Shown one piece after another: positions 60,349 through 64,000 of a DNA stretch of 64,000 nt (position 1 is its first letter; every line of letters starts with the position of its first letter). The stretch lies in the NCBI GenBank assembly GCA_963818865.1, contig CAWFTQ010000007.1, forward strand, positions 273,763 through 337,762, given 5' to 3'. This DNA comes from an uncultured Acidobacteriaceae bacterium (GTDB lineage Bacteria; Acidobacteriota; Terriglobia; Terriglobales; Acidobacteriaceae). The notes below the pieces were generated by a model. It made no database searches and was not told the origin of the DNA. It saw only the letters and a program-made list of their open reading frames with translations. Both the position numbers and the translations under genes were made by a program.

Positions 60349-62892
60349 TTATTGCAGTCCGGAAATTACATACAGCCCGGATTTGACTTGGTAATAACTG
60401 AAGGCAAAGCGCGAACCGTCGCGGGTTACGACCACCGGGGCTATGGATACCAAACCGGTAGTCGTGTCGGGCTGCAGTTCCCGAACCTTCGTTTGTTCGC
60501 CAGAGACTATATTGACTTTGTACACCGTAGCCGGAATCTGCCCCCCACGATATCCATAAATTGACGATTTGTCTTCGGTCCACTGAAGCGGGATGAAATC
60601 GGCCTGAAGGTTAGGAATGGAATGGGGAGCGCCCCCTGCGATGGGATAGAGATTAAGTGGTTTGTTGGCCAGAATGAATTGACCGTCGGGCGAAACCAAC
60701 CCGCCAGTAATTCCTTCCGGGGTGATAGGCGTCGGTTTTCCTCCATCCAGATTTACCAGATAGCAGCGGACTCCGTGGCCAGGCTCGTTGCCATTGATCG
60801 TGATTCGTTTGCCGTCGGCCAGAAAGTGAGAAGAGCCGTTATGGATGCGTTCCAGCCCAGTGACTGGAACTGAACGGGGTGCGCCGGGGCCGATCGGGTA
60901 GAGCGTGATTCGGCCTGGGCTGCCCACGATAATTGCGATTGCCCATTTGCCGTCCGGAGAAAGGCCGCCTGCGCTGCCCTCGCCGAGTTGCACAGGAGGG
61001 GATCCGTCGATCCTACGAATGTCGACCAGGTAGTTTGGCGGAGCCGCCTCGCTGGCATCCTCAAACAGGACGGATTGCCCGTCAGGCGAAATGTCTTTGG
61101 CGATATCCCAATCGTGCCAGGAAATTTCAACGGCCTTGCCTTCGCGCGCGGCGGTCGCCATGGCGGTACGTTCGGAATCGAGGCTCACCAGGACGCGGCC
61201 GTCCGGGGCCATGTCCTGTAAAGTCATCCCGACCGGAATTCTTAGAACAGTGCGAATGTTCCCCTTGGCATCTGAGGCACGCAAGCCCCGGGTATAGCCA
61301 TTTTCGGCGGCGGTGAACCAGATTTCTTTGCCGCTGGAACTCCAAGCCAGACCATCTGCGGAGTCCCACTCCTGAGATAGCGTTGTGACGTGTCCGGAAA
61401 GATCAACCAGGCAAACCAGGCCGCGATCATCCCACAGCGACGGATGGTTGATGAAAGCAATCTTATCGGCTTGGGGCGACAGCCGGACATGACTGATCCA
61501 GCCATTGCTCTGATACAAGACCTTTCCTAACGGGTACTCGACCCGGTCGCGTCCCTCCGCGTGGTGAACCACGGCGAGTTCACCGCTTGGGCTCCAGTCT
61601 GCCCAGCGAACATCTTCAAGGACTTCTCTGGGAGAACCTCCAGCCAGAGGCGCACGAGCCAGCGTACCCCCTTCAATTTCCAAGTGAGCACCGTGTGCGC
61701 CGTGAAGCGCGAGCGCCATTTCGCCCGTACTCGAGATGGCCAGCAAGTTTGCGTCTTCGAGGTTCATGGCTTGAGTTGAATTCGACTCGCCAATCGTGGA
61801 AAAAAGCTGCAACGGCTTCCCATTCCAAGCGGCGCCGTAGACGACCGAACGAAAATCGGGCGCAAAGCGCGCCGAGTAGACGGTACCTTCCCCAAAAGTT
61901 ACGCGGCGGTAGGCGGGAGATCGTATCTTCGGTGGCGACGGTTTACCCAAAAGCAGCAGCGCTGCAAACAGAAGCGCTCCCGCTGCCGCCCATGGAAGCA
62001 TTTTCGCTCTCCACTTGGGAGGCGCGAGTTTTGTTATTCGTTCACCGGAAGCATTGGAAAGGGTTTCCAGGGCGAACCCGAGGTCGCGCGCCGATTGAAA
62101 GCGCTTCTCGGGATCTTTCTCCAGGCAATGCCGCACGATCTGTTGAAAGGATACGGGGATTCCGGCCTGTTCCAGATCGATCTCGGGAGGGGTTTCCCGC
62201 AGGACCGCAGTGATAGTGTCGACTTCGGTCTCGCCGCGAAACGCTCGTCGACCGGCCAGCATTTCGTAAAGAATCGCGCCCACGCTGAAGATGTCGCTGC
62301 GGTGGTCTACCGGCTTACCCCGCAGTTGCTCCGGAGCCATATAAGCCACGGTGCCGAGTACCATGCCACTTTTGGTAATCGTGGTTAAGTCTTCCACCGT
62401 GCGGCCGGATTCATCAGGCCCAGATTGCAGCTTGGCCACACCGAAGTCGAGAATCTTGATGCGGCCATCGCTGGTCACGAATAAATTCTCAGGCTTGAGA
62501 TCCCGATGAATAATACGGCGGTCATGCGCCGCTATGAGACCTTGTACGATTTGAAGCGAGTATTCAACCGCCACGCGAACTGGCAATGCGCCTTCCCATA
62601 GCCGCTTGCGCAGAGTCTTGCCTTCCAGCAACTCGCAAACAATGTAAGGAGCTCCTTCGTCGAGACCGAAGTCATAAATCGCCACAATATTGGGATGATT
62701 CAGAGCCGCAGCAGCGCGGGCTTCCAACTCGAAACGACGGAGATGATCGGGGTTGCCGCTGGAGCCTGGACGAATCAGTTTCAGGGCGACGTCGCGGTCC
62801 AGCCTCTCGTCCCGGGCTCGGAAAACCTCACCCATGGCTCCGGCCCCAATTTTATCGAGGACTCGGTAGTGACCTATGACTCGGTCAGTCAT
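60349..62892 (-). CDS. Ser/Thr protein kinase with one TM segment and a C-terminal TolB-like beta-propeller
   Basis: GAGAMGEVF, HRDLKPENL, DFG and APE motifs. TM segment MLPWAAAGALLFAALLLLG. Repeated SPDG blades. The ATG at 62892 is preferred to 63042. Confidence 0.9.
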   Translation of the reverse strand: MTDRVIGHYRVLDKIGAGAMGEVFRARDERLDRDVALKLIRPGSSGNPDHLRRFELEARAAAALNHPNIVAIYDFGLDEGAPYIVCELLEGKTLRKRLWEGALPVRVAVEYSLQIVQGLIAAHDRRIIHRDLKPENLFVTSDGRIKILDFGVAKLQSGPDESGRTVEDLTTITKSGMVLGTVAYMAPEQLRGKPVDHRSDIFSVGAILYEMLAGRRAFRGETEVDTITAVLRETPPEIDLEQAGIPVSFQQIVRHCLEKDPEKRFQSARDLGFALETLSNASGERITKLAPPKWRAKMLPWAAAGALLFAALLLLGKPSPPKIRSPAYRRVTFGEGTVYSARFAPDFRSVVYGAAWNGKPLQLFSTIGESNSTQAMNLEDANLLAISSTGEMALALHGAHGAHLEIEGGTLARAPLAGGSPREVLEDVRWADWSPSGELAVVHHAEGRDRVEYPLGKVLYQSNGWISHVRLSPQADKIAFINHPSLWDDRGLVCLVDLSGHVTTLSQEWDSADGLAWSSSGKEIWFTAAENGYTRGLRASDAKGNIRTVLRIPVGMTLQDMAPDGRVLVSLDSERTAMATAAREGKAVEISWHDWDIAKDISPDGQSVLFEDASEAAPPNYLVDIRRIDGSPPVQLGEGSAGGLSPDGKWAIAIIVGSPGRITLYPIGPGAPRSVPVTGLERIHNGSSHFLADGKRITINGNEPGHGVRCYLVNLDGGKPTPITPEGITGGLVSPDGQFILANKPLNLYPIAGGAPHSIPNLQADFIPLQWTEDKSSIYGYRGGQIPATVYKVNIVSGEQTKVRELQPDTTTGLVSIAPVVVTRDGSRFAFSYYQVKSGLYVISGLQ

Positions 62893-63145
62893 GCAAGAAC
62901 GCCCCGGAAGGCATGTTAGGGGTGCATGTGCACTGCAGTCAATCACCGAATAACAAACTTTCTGGATCCGTCTAACATGAGAAACTTGCCCTAGGCAGCC
63001 CCGCTGTTTATTATCAAGGCAGTTCGGGGCCGGATTCACCATGTCGTGCTATAATTTCTGTTCGCCTGATTTATCGAGGCAGCCTGTGATTCCCTCTACG
63101 GGCGAATCCCGCGCCAATCAAGATCATTAAATACGAGGTCTAGCT

Positions 63146-63895
<750 letters not shown>

Positions 63896-63916
63896 TTGCT
63901 TGCGAAGAATTCATTG

Positions 63917-63945
63917 GAGCCGCCTTTTTGGGCGGCTCTTTTTTT
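63917..63945 (+). terminator. Rho-independent terminator after yebC
   Basis: Stem GAGCCGCC/GGCGGCTC followed by T7. Confidence 0.8.
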
Positions 63946-64000
63946 ATTTTTATTCTTATTGGTTGGAATCGTTTCTTGGAAAGTTTTCAACACAACCGTG

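Overview
This is a 64 kb GC-rich bacterial chromosomal segment. All calls rest on reading the sequence and ORF translations and on remembered family motifs; no search or computation was run. Gene content suggests an Acidobacteriota/Terriglobia-like soil bacterium, but only loosely: PEP-CTERM protein, Ser/Thr kinase fused to a TolB-like propeller, a 1100-aa Asp-box/sortilin-like protein, many Tat- or Sec-targeted hypotheticals. I support about 70 protein-coding genes. Housekeeping genes include nth, ino1, gltA, nuoB, lspA, purQ, cspA, yebC, PPK2, an ABC-2 exporter and an ECF sigma/anti-sigma pair. There are also two Phd/YefM-VapC toxin-antitoxin modules and many secreted or membrane hypotheticals. 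I recognised no rRNA, tRNA, CRISPR array, transposase or integrase. Two small membrane-peptide genes below the ORF-track cutoff were found by eye (43347-43496 and 48807-48962). The leads most worth a second look are listed here. (1) 58057-60335: two translationally coupled 2OG-Fe(II)-oxygenase-like genes, the first fused to a tandemly duplicated (GPQPPS)n proline-rich segment. (2) 41050-41910: a secreted protein built from eight 32-aa two-cysteine repeats. (3) 16743-17348: a start-less toxin-like ORF plus an ATGA-coupled 81-aa partner, bracketed by an intact alcohol-dehydrogenase 3' end and a diverged copy of that same 3' end. (4) 18500-18742: a roughly 240-nt leader with mutually exclusive helices and an intrinsic terminator upstream of xdhC-mocA. 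(5) 24457-25719: an NRAMP homolog with non-canonical, NRMT-like metal-site residues. (6) Recurrent short tandem microduplications at gene boundaries. None of these is proven to be a new system.
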